A stretch of 64,000 nucleotides of DNA from the human T2T-CHM13v2.0 reference genome, Homo sapiens: the NCBI RefSeq assembly GCF_009914755.1, contig NC_060925.1. The stretch is one strand, 5' to 3'. Positions 29,932-43,845 of this stretch are shown here, piece after piece. The notes below the pieces were generated by a model, which saw only the letters and a list, made by a program, of their open reading frames with translations, had not been told where the DNA came from and ran no database searches. Within the stretch, counting starts at the first letter, position 1. Each line of letters opens with the position of its first letter. The position numbers and the translations under genes were made by a program.

Positions 29932-30060
29932 TAGTAAAGTAGAAAGAAGAGACAAAGATCCAAACCTTTCAAAATGAAAAATGAATTTTAAATATAAGGT
30001 TATATTTTATTACCTACTGCTGAGACCATCATTGCATAAATGAATAAATAGAACTAAATA

Positions 30061-30363
<303 letters not shown>

Positions 30364-31555
30364 CTAAATAAACTCTTCTTCCCCCACAAATTTACCAGTT
30401 TAGCCATTTTAAGTGTACAGGTCAGTAGTTGCATTAAGTACATTCACATTATTATGCAACAAGTACCACCATCCATCTCCAAAATTTTCTCTTTTTCCAA
30501 AACTGAAACTCTGTATCCATTAAACAGTAGCTACCCATTCTCCCTCCCCTACCTCCTGGTAACCACTATTCTACTTTCTGGCTCTATGAATTTGACTACT
30601 CTAGCCACCTTTTATACATGGGATCATATATTTGTTGTTTTGTCTCCAGCCTATTTCACTTGGCATAATCTCTTTTAGGGTCATCCGTGTTGTAGCATGT
30701 GTTGTAATTACGTACTTTTTTGTGTGTGAGATAGTCTTACTCTATCATTCAGGCTGGAGTGCACTGGCACAATCATGGTTCAATGCAGCTTTGACCTCCT
30801 GGGCTCAATCGATCCTCCCACATTGGCCTCCCAAATGGCTGGGATTACAAGCAATTTTTTTGATATTTTTGTAGAGATGGGGTCTCAGTTTGTTGCTCAG
30901 GCTTATAATGATGTACCTTTTAAAAGGCCAAATCATATTCCATTGTATGTTTATACAACATTTTATTAATCCATTCATCTGTTAATGGAAATTTCAATTG
31001 TTTCCACCTTTTGCCACTGTGAATAATGCTGCAACAGATATGGATGTACAGATGTCTCTTTGTGTCCCTGTTTTCAATGCTTTTGGGTTGCAAAAGAAGA
31101 GGGATTATTGCATATATGGTAATTCTATATTTAATTTTTTGGAACGACCATACTGTTCTCTACAGCAGCTGCACCATTTTACATTCCCATCAACAGTGTA
31201 CAAGGGTTTCAGTTTCCCCATATCTTCATGAACACTGATATTTTCTGTTTTTGTTTTTTAAAATAATTGCCATCCTAATGGGTATAAAGTGAAATATCAT
31301 TGTGGTTTTGATTTGCATTTCCTTACTGATTAGTGATGTAAAAGATATTTTTAAAGTTTCATATTTACTGACATATTTACCATTTCCAATATTCTTCATT
31401 ATTTTCATCTGGTATCATTTTCCTTCTGCCTGAAAGAATTTCTTTAATCCTTCTTATTCTTGTGCAGATTTGCTGGTGGGAAAATTCTTTCAGCTTTTGT
31501 ATGTGAAAAAGTCTTTATTTCACCTTCATGTTTGAAAGATATTCTTGCTGGTTAT

Positions 31556-31730
31556 CAGGACTGACTACATACTTTGTGGGGCTCAATGCAAAATAAAAAT
31601 GTAGACCCCTCTGTTCAAATATTATTAAGAATTTCAAGTCATCAACAACAGAGCATTAAACCAAGCCAGTCCTTCTGAGTGCAAAGCCCTGTGTGACTAC
31701 ACGGGTTGTATGCACAAGAAACCTACTCTG
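31556..31730 (-). mobile_element. MER45A (hAT-Tip100) MITE
   Basis: CAGG...CTG termini; 8-bp TSD ctggttat/ctggttgt. Confidence 0.8.
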
Positions 31731-31798
31731 CTGGTTGTAGAATTCCAGGTGACTGCTCTTTTTTTCCTTCAGCTCTTTAAAGATGTTGCTCTGTTGTC

Positions 31799-32094
<296 letters not shown>

Positions 32095-32617
32095 TCTCTG
32101 TTGTCTTTTAATTTTCAAGTTATGCTCTCATTCTTATCCTTGTTTCTCTCTATATAATGTTCTTTTTTCTCCTGAATACTTATAAATTTTTCTCTTTATC
32201 ACTGATCTTAAGCAATTTGATTAAAATGTGCCTAGGTGTGGTTACTTTCATGTTTCTCGTGCTTTGGATTTGTTACGCTTACCGGATCTGTGTGTTTACA
32301 GTTTTCATTATACTTGGACAATTTTCAGCCATTATTTTTTCAAAAATTTTTGTTGCCCTCTATAACTCCGTTCCTTTAGGGACTTCAGTTACATATATAT
32401 TAGGTCATTTAAATTTTTCCCATTGATCACTGATGCTCTGTTCACTTTTTGTCTTCTTTCTCTTGTTTTATTTTTGGATCATTTTCATTGCTATGTCTTT
32501 AAGTTCACTAACTTTTTCTTCTACAGTGTCTAATCTGTTGTTAATTCCATCCAGTGTATTCTTCATCTCAGATATTGTCTTTTTCATCTCTAGAAGTTTG
32601 TAACTTTCATGTATTAA

Positions 32618-32906
32618 TTTTTTTTCTTTTTTTTTGAGATGGAGTTTCACTCTTGTCAATGTTACGGTCTCAGCTCCTTGCAACCTGCAATCTCTGCCTC
32701 CCGGGTACAAGCAATTCTCCTGTCTCAGCCTCCTGAGTAGCTGGGATTACAGGCACCCACCACCACGCCTGGCTAATTTTTGTATTTTTATTAGAGATGG
32801 GGTTTCACCATGTTGGCCAGGGTGGTCTCAAACTTCTGACCTCAGGTGATCTGCCCGCCTCCTCCCAAAGTGCTGGGATTACAGGCGTGAGGCACTGTGC
32901 CCCGCC
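32618..32906 (-). mobile_element. Alu (S family, small internal deletion)
   Basis: TSD catgtattaat. Confidence 0.92.
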
Positions 32907-33829
32907 CATGTATTAATATTTTACTTCATTTTATCAATCTTTGTTCTACTTTCTTGAACATTTAAAATACTATAATAACAATTCTAACATTTGTTCAGTT
33001 CTGAGTATGTTTCTGGTAATTGATTTTTCTCTTCATTTTAAGTACTGTTTCCTGCTTCTTTGCACACCTGGCAATACTTTGATTTGATACCACACATTAA
33101 ACATTTTACATATTGGGTGTTAGATAGTTTTGCATTCCCATAAACATTATTGAGCTTTATTCTGGGTCACAGTTAGTTGGAAACAGATCCTTCTTGATCT
33201 TAAGCTTCATTATGGGGAACCCAAGCAACTTTTTAAAGATGATTAATTTTCCCCATTACTTGGGTGATACCCTTCTAAGTACTCTAGCCAATATCCTGTT
33301 AATTATGAGGCTTTTCCCACTTTAGTAGATGATGAAACAAACTACTTCCAGCCTTGTATGAGCCAAGAGGATTGTTTAATCTGATTCTCTTGTGTGGTTC
33401 TTACCCCAACCTTGGTAGTTTCCTGATATACCGATCAGTATTCAGCTGAATATTCAAGGAGACTCTCCACAGATCTCTGGAATTTTCTATTCTTTCTGGT
33501 ACTCTTCCCCATGAACTCTACCTGCCTTGGCCTTCTCAAATCTCTGCATGATCTCTTCAACTCAGGCAGATCACCAGGCTCTGCCTGGATTCCCTCTCTG
33601 TGAGCTCTGGGGCAGTTAAGTAGGACAGTTGTATGGCTTACTTTGCTTGTTTCTCTCTTCTCTTGGATAACTTTCCTATGTTGTCTGACATCCAGTGTCT
33701 GAAAATAATTATTTTATATATCTTGTCCTATTTTTTAGTAATTTCTGTCAGGGGTGAAGGGGAATGAATACCAACCCTATTACCGCATGCTGTCTGGAAG
33801 TAGAAGTGTCTTTCTAGCCACGTTATAAA

Positions 33830-34010
33830 TTAGTAGTTTTCAACCCTGACTACATATTAGAATTATTTGGGGGAGGTCTTTAAAAAGCTGATGTAAGGCT
33901 TCATTCCAGACCAATTAAATCAGACTTTTTCAGATTGAGGTCTTAGCATCAGTGTTCTTTAAATGCACTACAAGTTTTCTCATGTATACCAGGGTTAAAG
34001 AACCTCCATA
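33830..34010. mobile_element. MER5-type MITE
   Basis: tagtagttttcaaccctgactacatattagaattatttggggg...ccagggttaaagaacc. Confidence 0.7.
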
Positions 34011-34707
34011 TTAAAGAAAAGGTTGCATTTATAAATCATTCTGAGAAACTTTTGTATTCTGTCATTTCAGCTAAGACACAGAGGCGGTTGGCTTTTATTT
34101 TTGTAGACAGTGTGGAATTATAGAAGCTTTTAAAGAAGAGTCTGGCAGACATAGATCTTTGTTTTAGAGTTGTAAGTGTGGCAATCGTGTGAGAGATGGG
34201 CTTAAGTGGATTGAGTGAAGATCACTGAGAAACTGTTGCAAGTGGTTCACGGCCAAAGGTAATAAGGGCCTGAACACAGGCATTGGTATTGGGAATGGCG
34301 AGGAAGAGATAGGTTGGAGAATTTGAGTTAGAACTGATAGGATTTTTTGATTAATTGAGTGTGGGAAATGAGGGAGATGGTGGAAACAAATGTTATTCTC
34401 CAGTTTATTACTCTAGACAAGTAAACTCTGTCTAAACAAATTCCTAGGCCAGTCAGAGAGTAAATAGTAATTTCATTAACTGAGATAGATAATATGGTAT
34501 GAGAAGCAGATGTCAGGGAAAGGAGAGAATTAATTTAGTTTGGGATATCCAAAAGGATATCTCATGGAACTGTCTCCTGACCTCTAGTTTATTCTGAATC
34601 ATAGGACAGAGAAGACATTTAAAAGCATATCTTTTTAGTATGCTGTGTAAGTTTGAACAGATTTATCTTTCTTCTTTTATTTAACTTAATATTGAAATCT
34701 GTTTATA

Positions 34708-34709
<2 letters not shown>

Positions 34710-34738
<29 letters not shown>

Positions 34739-35019
34739 GAGGCGGAGTCCTGCTCTGTTTCCCAGGCTGGCGTGCAGCGGCGCGATCTGGCTCACTGCAA
34801 GCTCCGCCTCCTGGGTTCACGCCACTCTCCTGCCTCAGCCTCCCGAATAGCTGAGACTACAGGCGCCCGCCACCACACCCGGCTAATTTTTTGTATTTTT
34901 TAGTAGAGATGGGGTTTCACCGTGTTAACCAGGATGGTCTCCATCTCCTGACCTCATGATCCGCCCGCCTCGGCCTCCCAAAGTGCTGGGATTACAGGTG
35001 TGAGCCACTGAGCTCGGCC
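34710..35019 (-). mobile_element. AluY
   Basis: Long T tail; TSD gaaatctgtttatatct. Confidence 0.95.
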
Positions 35020-35077
35020 GAAATCTGTTTATATCTCTTAAACAAACATCAGTTAATACTGCAAGAAAGTAGATGTT

Positions 35078-35374
35078 GGCCGTGCGCGGTTGCTCACGCC
35101 TGTAATCCCAGCACTTTGGGAGGCCTAGCGGGGCAGATCACCTGAAGTCAGGAGTTTGAGACCAGCCTGGCCAAAATGGTGAAACCCCCTCTCTACTAAA
35201 AATACAAAAAATTAGCCGGGCGTGGTGGCAGGCGCCTGTAATCCCAGCTACTCAGGAGGCTGAGGCAGGAGAATCACTTGAACCCAGGAGGCGTAGGTTG
35301 CAGTGAGCCAGATCGCGCCACTGCACTCCAGCCTGGAAACTCCATCTCAAAAAAAAAAAAAAAAAAAAAAAAGA
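35078..35374 (+). mobile_element. Alu (Sx-like)
   Basis: TSD aagaaagtag(a/t)tgt. Confidence 0.94.
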
Positions 35375-35621
35375 AAGAAAGTAGTTGTCTTCTAGATGAC
35401 AAAATGTCAAGTCAGAGATTATTGCAGACTTTTGTTTTGTTTTGGGTTTTTGACTGTGGGTGTGTCCATTCCTCCCTTCTTTGGACAATAACCCTACTTT
35501 TTTTTTGGGGGGGGGGTGGCTAGAATTGTCTTCTTTGCCATGGTTTATAGTCTTGGTGGGAAGTTTGTTTAAGGTATCCCGAGCTAAATGATAATCTTGA
35601 GACCCACACGAGGATGATCTG

Positions 35622-35622
<1 letters not shown>

Positions 35623-35657
<35 letters not shown>

Positions 35658-35904
35658 TTTTTGAGGCGGAGTCTCGCTGTTGCCCAGGCTGGAGTGCAGT
35701 GGGGCGATCTCGGCTCACTGCAGGCTCCGCCCCCTGGGGTTCACGCCATTGTCTTGCCTCAGCCTCCAGAGTAACTGGGATTACAGGCACCCAATACCTC
35801 GCCCGGCTAATTTTTCGTATTTTCAGTAGAGACGGGGTTTCACCGTGTTAGCCAGGATGGTCTCGATCTCCTGACCTCGTGATCCGCCCGCCTCGGCCTC
35901 CCAA
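35623..35904 (-). mobile_element. 5'-truncated AluY (Ye-like)
   Basis: Lacks the first ~35 nt; ctgcaggctccgcccc diagnostic; TSD atgatctgatt. Confidence 0.9.
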
Positions 35905-36149
35905 TGATCTGATTTTTTGAGCATTGCATCATCAGTGGAACAACATAAGAGTAGCAAAAAGTGGCCAGAACCAATCGGCCCCTTCTTGCTACCTAGATCC
36001 TAATTGCTTCCCCTGTTCCTGCCCCTCCCTATTCCTGCCCCTTCTGAGCCTGTTCTTTTGAGTCTTCAACTGTTCCTTTGATTCTGTGGGTCTCCTCTTC
36101 CAGTAAATCCTATTTTAAAAAATAGCTGGAGTCTGTTCACTGATCTTTC

Positions 36150-36720
36150 CAAAAGGTATATATGGAATGGCAGGCACAATACTAGGTGCTAGAATAAAAT
36201 GAGGAACAAAATTATTGGATAAAGGCTCAGTGAGGACGTAGACAGAAAACAAATAAATAAATATACAAATAAAGGGATTTCTGATATTAATAAAGTTTAT
36301 TTTAAAAAAATTTCGTTAGAGAGGAATTAAAGCAGGAGGTGAAAGAACTGCAAAACCCCTAAGGTAGAAATAAGCTTAGTGTGTTTGAGGAAGAAAATGG
36401 CCAGTGCAGCTGGAGCATAATAAATAAGAGGAGGGGGCAGAGGTGAACCTGAGCCAGGTCACCTGAGACCTCATAGGCCGTGGTAAGAAGTGGATGTTAT
36501 TCTAAGGACATGGGGAAGCCAATAAAGATTTAAAACAGGAACATCATATGATCTGAAAAATGTTAAAAAGTCACTTTGCTATTGGAAAACAGACCTTAGG
36601 AGGCCAAGAGTGGAAGGAAGGGAGCTGCTTTGCTGGCTATTGCAGTAAGTAACACCAATGTGAGATCATAGCGATTTACATCATGGCGGTAGCAGTGGGG
36701 CTGGTAAGAAGAGAAGGACT
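36150..36720 (-). mobile_element. L2 fragment
   Basis: caggcacaatactaggtgct...gccagtgcagctggagca...ggctattgcagtaa. Confidence 0.65.
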
Positions 36721-37066
36721 GAGCCTTCTAGCAGATAACTTGGTACCCTGCAGATCCCGAAAACAAAACCAACAAAGAAGATAACCGGGGGATAAAAAGA
36801 GACAACTTCATGGTTGGAGTCTTTATATTAAGTTTTGTTTGAAGCCTCTGTTTGAGGTTTTTTGCTTCACCCTGGTGGAGGTTTTCTCCCCACTCATTAT
36901 GAGGGTGGGAGTTAGATGGTGGGACAAAGAGATAGAGGTCACTCAAATGAAAAGGACCCTGGATAGTATTAAGAATATCTTCACACAGGGTTGCATATGG
37001 TGACCAAATGGTGGTAGCGCCCACGGTGGGAGGGGTAGCAGACATGGTGATGGTATTTCCCTAGAA

Positions 37067-37389
37067 CAGGGGTCCCCAGCCCCCAGAGCATGGACTGGTA
37101 CTGGTTCTGGCCTGTTAGGACCCCGGCTGCATAGCAGGAGGTGAGTGGCAGGCCAGCGAGCATTACCCCTGAGCTCCACCTCCTGTCGATCAGCAGACCA
37201 GCAGCTGCATTCAATTCTCATAGGAACGGGAACCCTATTGTGAACTGGGCATATGAGGGATCTAGGTTGCCTGCTTCTTACGAGGATCTAATACCTGATG
37301 ATCATTCCAAATCCATCCCCCACCCTGTCCATGGAAAAGTTGTCTTCCTTGAAAATGGTTCCTGGTACCAAAAAGGTTGGAGACCACTG
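37067..37389 (+). mobile_element. MER1B (hAT-Charlie)
   Basis: CAGGGGTCCCC...GACCACTG termini; 8-bp TSD ccctagaa/ccctagga. Confidence 0.9.
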
Positions 37390-38844
37390 CCCTAGGACAC
37401 TTTAACCTCTTCATGAAGTTGCCTGTTCTCTTAGATTTATTTGCTAGAGCAGCCTCATAACTATAGGTGATTCATACTAGGTCTCACAGGAGTTCCAAAC
37501 AGAATTCTGTAATGATTTTATATTGTGAAACCTGACATCTCATGGCAGCAACATTATCATTATCACCATAATTACATATATAATTACATGATTAATATTT
37601 ATCGAGTAAATGATAAATGCTAGGCCCGATCTTAAACATTTCATAAGAATAATATTATTTAATTTTCACTATAATTCTGTGAGAAAGATGCTATCGTGAT
37701 CCCGTTTTATAGAGAGGTTAAGTAATTTGACAAGATCACACAGTTATGAAATGGTAGAAGTTGTGTTTAATTGGCAGGTGTTGATTTTCTGTTTCATGTG
37801 TATTAGAGTAATTGTTTTTGTGCATCTTGTATGTTTTTAAAATTTTTTCCTAGGTTTGCTTTTTGTTAAAAAGTAAACCAAAACAAAACAAATGAAGACT
37901 ATAAAACGAAAACCTTTGGTAGAACTTGGGCAAAAATGGTCTGGTCTTCAAGTTAGCATACCAAGTATGAAAATGTCATCTGTTTAAAAATACTAAGCTG
38001 CATGATTAAAATTTGACCTTGTGAAAATTTGCTTTCTAATTTATATGGCACACCACCTGAAGGCCAGCACAGAGAAATATATGACCTGTTTAAAACGAAA
38101 GGAAGTGTACCTGGGCACGACCAAGAATCTATCAAAAAAGCATCAGAAAGCTCCATATTAAGGTTAATAAAAATAGGTGAACCGCACATTTCAAAGGAGA
38201 ATCTGGGACACTATTCAAATAACAAAGACTTAAAGCAGGCTGGGTTCACTGCCCAGAATAATAGGCACACGCATTTACAGAATGGGGGGATTTTGTCCAC
38301 TGTACGCATGCTCATTCACACTCACATCTAACCCTACAACACCAGCTCCGAGAAAGTGGATGCAATGAAGGAAATGTTAACATGAGCAGTGACCCTAGTG
38401 TACAAACAATATCAAATTTTAGATTCTTTTTGTTTCCATGATAGTCTAATCTGTATTATCTTTTGGCTATATCAACCTTGACTTTGAAATCTCCAAATAA
38501 ACATTTCAACCAAAATGTACGGCTATATTGTAATTTCAGCAAGAAGGGTTTTCATTGTTTGCACATATCTTCAAAAAGAAAAAAAAGTGTGCTTGGTAGT
38601 AATCAAAAGCACATTCTCGAGTGAGCATGCTTTGGTGGTATATTCTACAGACTGGGAAAGGTCCTACTTATCACTCCCAAATTTTCAGCATACATCTAGT
38701 TTCCTGATGTGCAGCGTTAAAAAACTGCTCTGACTTCTTTGTCTTTCTTTACTGTAGAGAGAATAATAGCTTCTTTGTGAATGGGAGAGCTGGGTCTCTA
38801 ACTCCACAGAATGACCTTGGATTGGGGAAAGGTTCAGAAGTCTG

Positions 38845-39368
38845 TGTGTTTGTTACTATTACTATTGCTGCATAGCAAATCACCTCAGTGGCTGAAAACT
38901 GCAAGTATTTAGTACTCACAGTTTTGGAGGGTCAGAAATCTGGGAGCAGCTTAGCTGGTTAGAATTGCCTCAAGTTCTCTCATGAGGTTGCAGTCAAGCA
39001 CTCAGCTGGGGCTGCTGTCATCTCAAGACTCGACAGGGGCTGAAAGGTCCGTTTTCAGACTCACGCACACGGTATTTGGCAGGCTTTAGTTCCTGTCCAC
39101 ACAATAGGTCTGCTTATAACATGGTAGCTTAGTTCCCACAGCACAACTGATCTAAAAGAAAGAGAGCATGCATACTCCAAATGGAAGCCACAGTTGTTTT
39201 TGCTTTTTAAAAAATAATCTAATCTCGGAAGCAACATTCCATCACTGCTGCCCTACTGTATTCATTACAAATGAGTACTAGATCCATCCCAGACTCAAGG
39301 CGAGGGAATTACACAAGGGTTTGATGACCAGGGATCACTGGGGACCAACTTAGAGACTGCCTATTACA
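38845..39368 (-). mobile_element. MLT1E/F-type solo LTR
   Basis: ctcacagttttggagggtcagaaatctgggagcagcttagctgg...gcctattaca. Confidence 0.75.
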
Positions 39369-40652
39369 GTCTGCATCCATTACCTGAGCTCCTGGACACC
39401 AGAGGAGCAGCAGAATTAGTTCTCCCTTTCTTCTTCTGGAACAAGACTAGTACAAACTAAGCACAAAAGGGAAGGGGGAGTATAACCAGAGCTGAGGCTG
39501 AAGACTATGCCAAGCTATGTAAGCCTTATTAAAGATTTTTGTCTATATCCTCAGAACAATAACAAACTCAGACTCTGCTTGCCTCAGTCATCCCTTCAAC
39601 CACCGCTGGAAGACATTGCTGGCAGTGACTGGCCCTGGGGACTTCAGTGTCTTCTTGCGTGCCTTAAAGGCTAAGGTTCACATCTATGGCTCCAGTGTCC
39701 TACCCGAGGGTAGGTTAAAAGAATGACATGGGTGACTCAAGACTAGAGAAGTGCCTGGCCCTGTGAGGCAGACATATTAATAGTTTGAGAGGCAAGAAGT
39801 CGGGCCCCAGGTTCCCACCATGAGGAACTAGGAAGCCATAGAAGGAAAATGCAAATGCCACACACCTGCAGGTGCCTGGCGGGTAGCATAAATAAGTGAA
39901 CCTGCTTAGGTGTAAGGGCATAGGGAATAGTGTTGGTGACTGTGACTGTGACTTTCTGGACCATTGACCAAACAAAATACATCAGTGAAGGCAAGTCTCT
40001 AGGATAGTACCACCAGCAGGGGGCACCTGCAGATGGTTTTCATTGTCACAAAATTAGGTTTGGTACTTGGGGATGAGCAGCTATTCACAGTAGAGAAGCT
40101 CCAGTTTGAAGTATCCTACACTACTTGAATTCACTACAGGCTGCATGGAGGAAGCAGCATGGCCACTTTGATTTCCAGAACTACCCGTACACAATGTGAA
40201 AAGAAGAATAGAGGTGAGGTGGATTTGGTTTTGGAGGTGAGTGAGCAGGTGCCTCCAAATAAGAGTTGGGGCTCAAGGTTTTCTTAAAAAAGATAGACTC
40301 TTGAAAAATTGCACTCTAGTTACATTAGTGCCAACTCATGAGGTCACCTGTTCTTTTTTCCCTCTCCCATTATCTCCCCTTTCTACCCCATTCTACCCTC
40401 TCCCTGATGCCCTATACATCACAGAAACTTGCCCTTGAGACGTAAGACTGTTTGGAAGGAGGTTGGAAGAGCTGGCCTTGGCTCAGAGAGTTGCTTTTAC
40501 CTTGTGGTATCTTAAAGGTGCCACCTGATGTCCAACCATTCATAACAGACAGAGAGCTGTTGCCAACAAGGTCAGCAGAACATAGCACTAGAGAGCACCA
40601 GAGGAGACACCTAAAGATGTGGCTTTTGGCACATCATCTGGGGATGAACAAG

Positions 40653-40890
40653 TTGGGCCTGGACTAGGACGAAGCAAGTAAGACACTCCCTGAATCATGA
40701 AAATGCAGGGTCAGATCCTGTCTTTATTTAAAGTTTTGATATTTTGTTCATTGCGGATTTTTTTTGCGTTACTATTTTTCTAAAATATTGCATTAAAATA
40801 TGATTTATCTTGATTACCGAGATTTTGGCACGCTTTAAACTTCGCACCTCAGGTGAGTGCCTTGCTCCTCTCATCCTAGTTCCAGCCCTG
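40653..40890. mobile_element. hAT MITE (MER96B-like)
   Basis: Inverted termini gggcctggactagg / cctagttccagccctg around an AT-rich core. Confidence 0.65.
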
Positions 40891-41219
40891 AATACCTTAA
40901 CAGTTGAATCAAAGTTTGAACCAATTGATCTGGTCCATCAGCACCAGACCCTTCTGGTTTTGATTTTTTTTCCCTCCCTCTATCTCCTAAGAATGTACCG
41001 AAGCCAGCAAATAAAGGATGCAATAATTCTCTTCTGTATACCACAAGCTCTGAGCCTGGGCCAGCTTGGGTATTTCTGTACCTCTCTGTCTGTTATTATT
41101 ATATCACACGCATAGCCTAAAACTGGGATACTTTTATCTGAATAAAAGATTATTCTGGTCGAAAGGAATTGTGATGGTTAATGTTGGATGTGCTTGTTCT
41201 TTTACCAAACTGATATAAT

Positions 41220-41516
41220 GTTTTGTTTTGGTTTTTGAGACAGCGTCTGGCTCTTTCACCCAGGCTGGAGCGCAGTAGCACAGTCTCCACTCACTGTGAC
41301 CTCTGCCTCCCAGGCTCAAGCCACTTTCCTACCTCAGCCTCCTGAGTAGCTGGGACTACAGATGTGCACCAGCACGCCTGGCTAATTTTTGTTGTATTTT
41401 TTGTAGAGATGGGTTTCACATGTTGCCCAGGCTGGTCTCGAACTACTGTGCTCAAGCCATCTGCCTGCCTCACCTCCGACAGTGCTGGGATTACAGGCAT
41501 GAGGCGTGGCACCCTA
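41220..41516 (-). mobile_element. AluJ
   Basis: Diverged dimer. Confidence 0.9.
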
Positions 41517-41980
41517 CCCCTATGGCATTAACTCCTAAAGCCACTTGAACTTTGCAAAGATAAAGGACTGTTGAGTTTTGCTCATCTTTTGTCCAGAATT
41601 GCCAGATGTTTGATACGGTACTCAACAGCTCAGTATTTTGACATTTTATATGCTAAAATAAAAATGAAAACAAAAGCGAATACAGAACGTGAGATTTTTC
41701 TCATTAAAATTTCTTCCTCGTGTGAAGCTTTCTGAGGCTGTATCTTGATATTTTTGAACCTTTGCCAGCTGGAAGAAAGGACAAAACAGCTGTTCTAAAC
41801 TGCCAAGAAATTGGCTGGTGCATAGAAGAGGGAATTTGTCTTTGTTGTATATTTTGCCTTTGTCCTGGGAGTGATTATTTTGATCAGCACTTTTGGTTGT
41901 ACAGATGTGAGCCAAATATCTAGCAGAGGGTAGCTCCTGATTTTAGTTAAGTAATTCACTGCTGAGACTTCAGATTATGA

Positions 41981-42345
<365 letters not shown>

Positions 42346-42794
42346 AAGGGTGTTATATTCTTTTACATAATACAGTTATGCAACGATTTTAAATATTCTT
42401 AGGAGATACACATTAAATATTTAGGGGTGAAGAATCTACATCTTACTCTCAAATGGTTCATCAAAATAATACTAATGATTGTGTCTGTGTGCTTGTGTGT
42501 GTGTGTGTGTGTGTGTGTAAAGAGAGAAAACAAATGTGGCAAAATGTTAACAATCTATGAAGCAATTGAAAGATTTACAGGACTTTATTGTGCTAGTTTT
42601 ACAACTTTACTATATGTTGAAAATTTTAAATTTTTCAAGCTGGAAAGTTAAAAAAATCAGTGTTACTTTTCACTCATATGTGTGTATGAGTGAAAGTTAT
42701 TATATATGGCTTCAGGGACCAGCTAGTAGATGGCATGATACAAGAAACAAAGGCAAGGACCATGGATATATATGGCTATCTTGTCCTTAGAGGT

Positions 42795-43096
42795 ATTTTT
42801 TCTTTTTTTTAAGAGACAGGGTCTTGCTCACTGTCACCCAGGCTGGAGTGCAGTGGTGTGATTACAGTTCACTGTAGGCTCAACTCCTGGGCTCAAGTGA
42901 TCCTCCCACCTCAGCCTCCAGAGTAGCTGGAACTAGTGGTTTGCACTACCATCCCTAGATAATTTTTAAATTTTTTTTTGTAGAGACAAGATCTCGCTAC
43001 GTTGCACAGGCTGGTTTCGAACTCCTGGCCTTAAGTGATCCTCCTGCCTCAGCCTCCTGAAGTGTTGAAATTATAGGCATGAGCCACTGAACGTGG
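42795..43096 (-). mobile_element. AluJ
   Basis: Diverged dimer. Confidence 0.9.
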
Positions 43097-43694
43097 CAGC
43101 AATATTTTTTTTTTCTAATTCAGAATCCAATCCAAGATCTGAACTAGGATCATGCATTCCATTTAGTTATTGTTATCACTATGGATTTTTAAAGCAGTCT
43201 AGATTGATTGACACATGCTCCTTTGACTTGTACTGGAACTACTTGCCCCATCCTGGAAAATGACTCGGATTTTAGTGATGGTGTGATTGTCATGAATGCC
43301 TTGAAAGCTATTTATGAATTTATTCCAGTATTGTTTCTGGTCCCAGAAATGTATTTATTGACCCTAACATCAGTCCCTTCAATTTTTGAGAACTGATATC
43401 TATGTTCAAATCAAGGAGAATTATTCATGTAATTCACACAAGTCTTCCCTCACTATTCCAACCCCCTTTCCAGAAATTTACATACCATATTTCTTGCATG
43501 ATTTCCCCTCTCCCAACGTCAGATACAGATAAATAGTGGGTGTTGAAAGGATAAAGGGGATTGTGTGAGTAAATTACCATCAGCTGTCTGAAGGCTTGGT
43601 TGTAATTTCTTTCCTTGAGGTTTGAGGTTTTTGTTATGGCTGACAGACAAGGCTAACCATTGAAAGGGATGGATCTGAATAAACACACACACAC

Positions 43695-43807
43695 GGTTCA
43701 CAGTAATTATTTATTGAATGAATGAATGAATGAACGAATGAATGAGATAATGCATCAGAAATACTGTGTACATTTTAAGGCATTGTCCCAGTTGTCTATT
43801 CCTGCAT

Positions 43808-43812
<5 letters not shown>
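43695..43812 (+). repeat. Direct copy of 51807-51908 inserted into a (CA)n tract
   Basis: ggttcacagtaattatttattg...gagataatgcatca...gttgtctattcctgcataaaca occurs at both sites. Confidence 0.93.
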
Positions 43813-43845
<33 letters not shown>

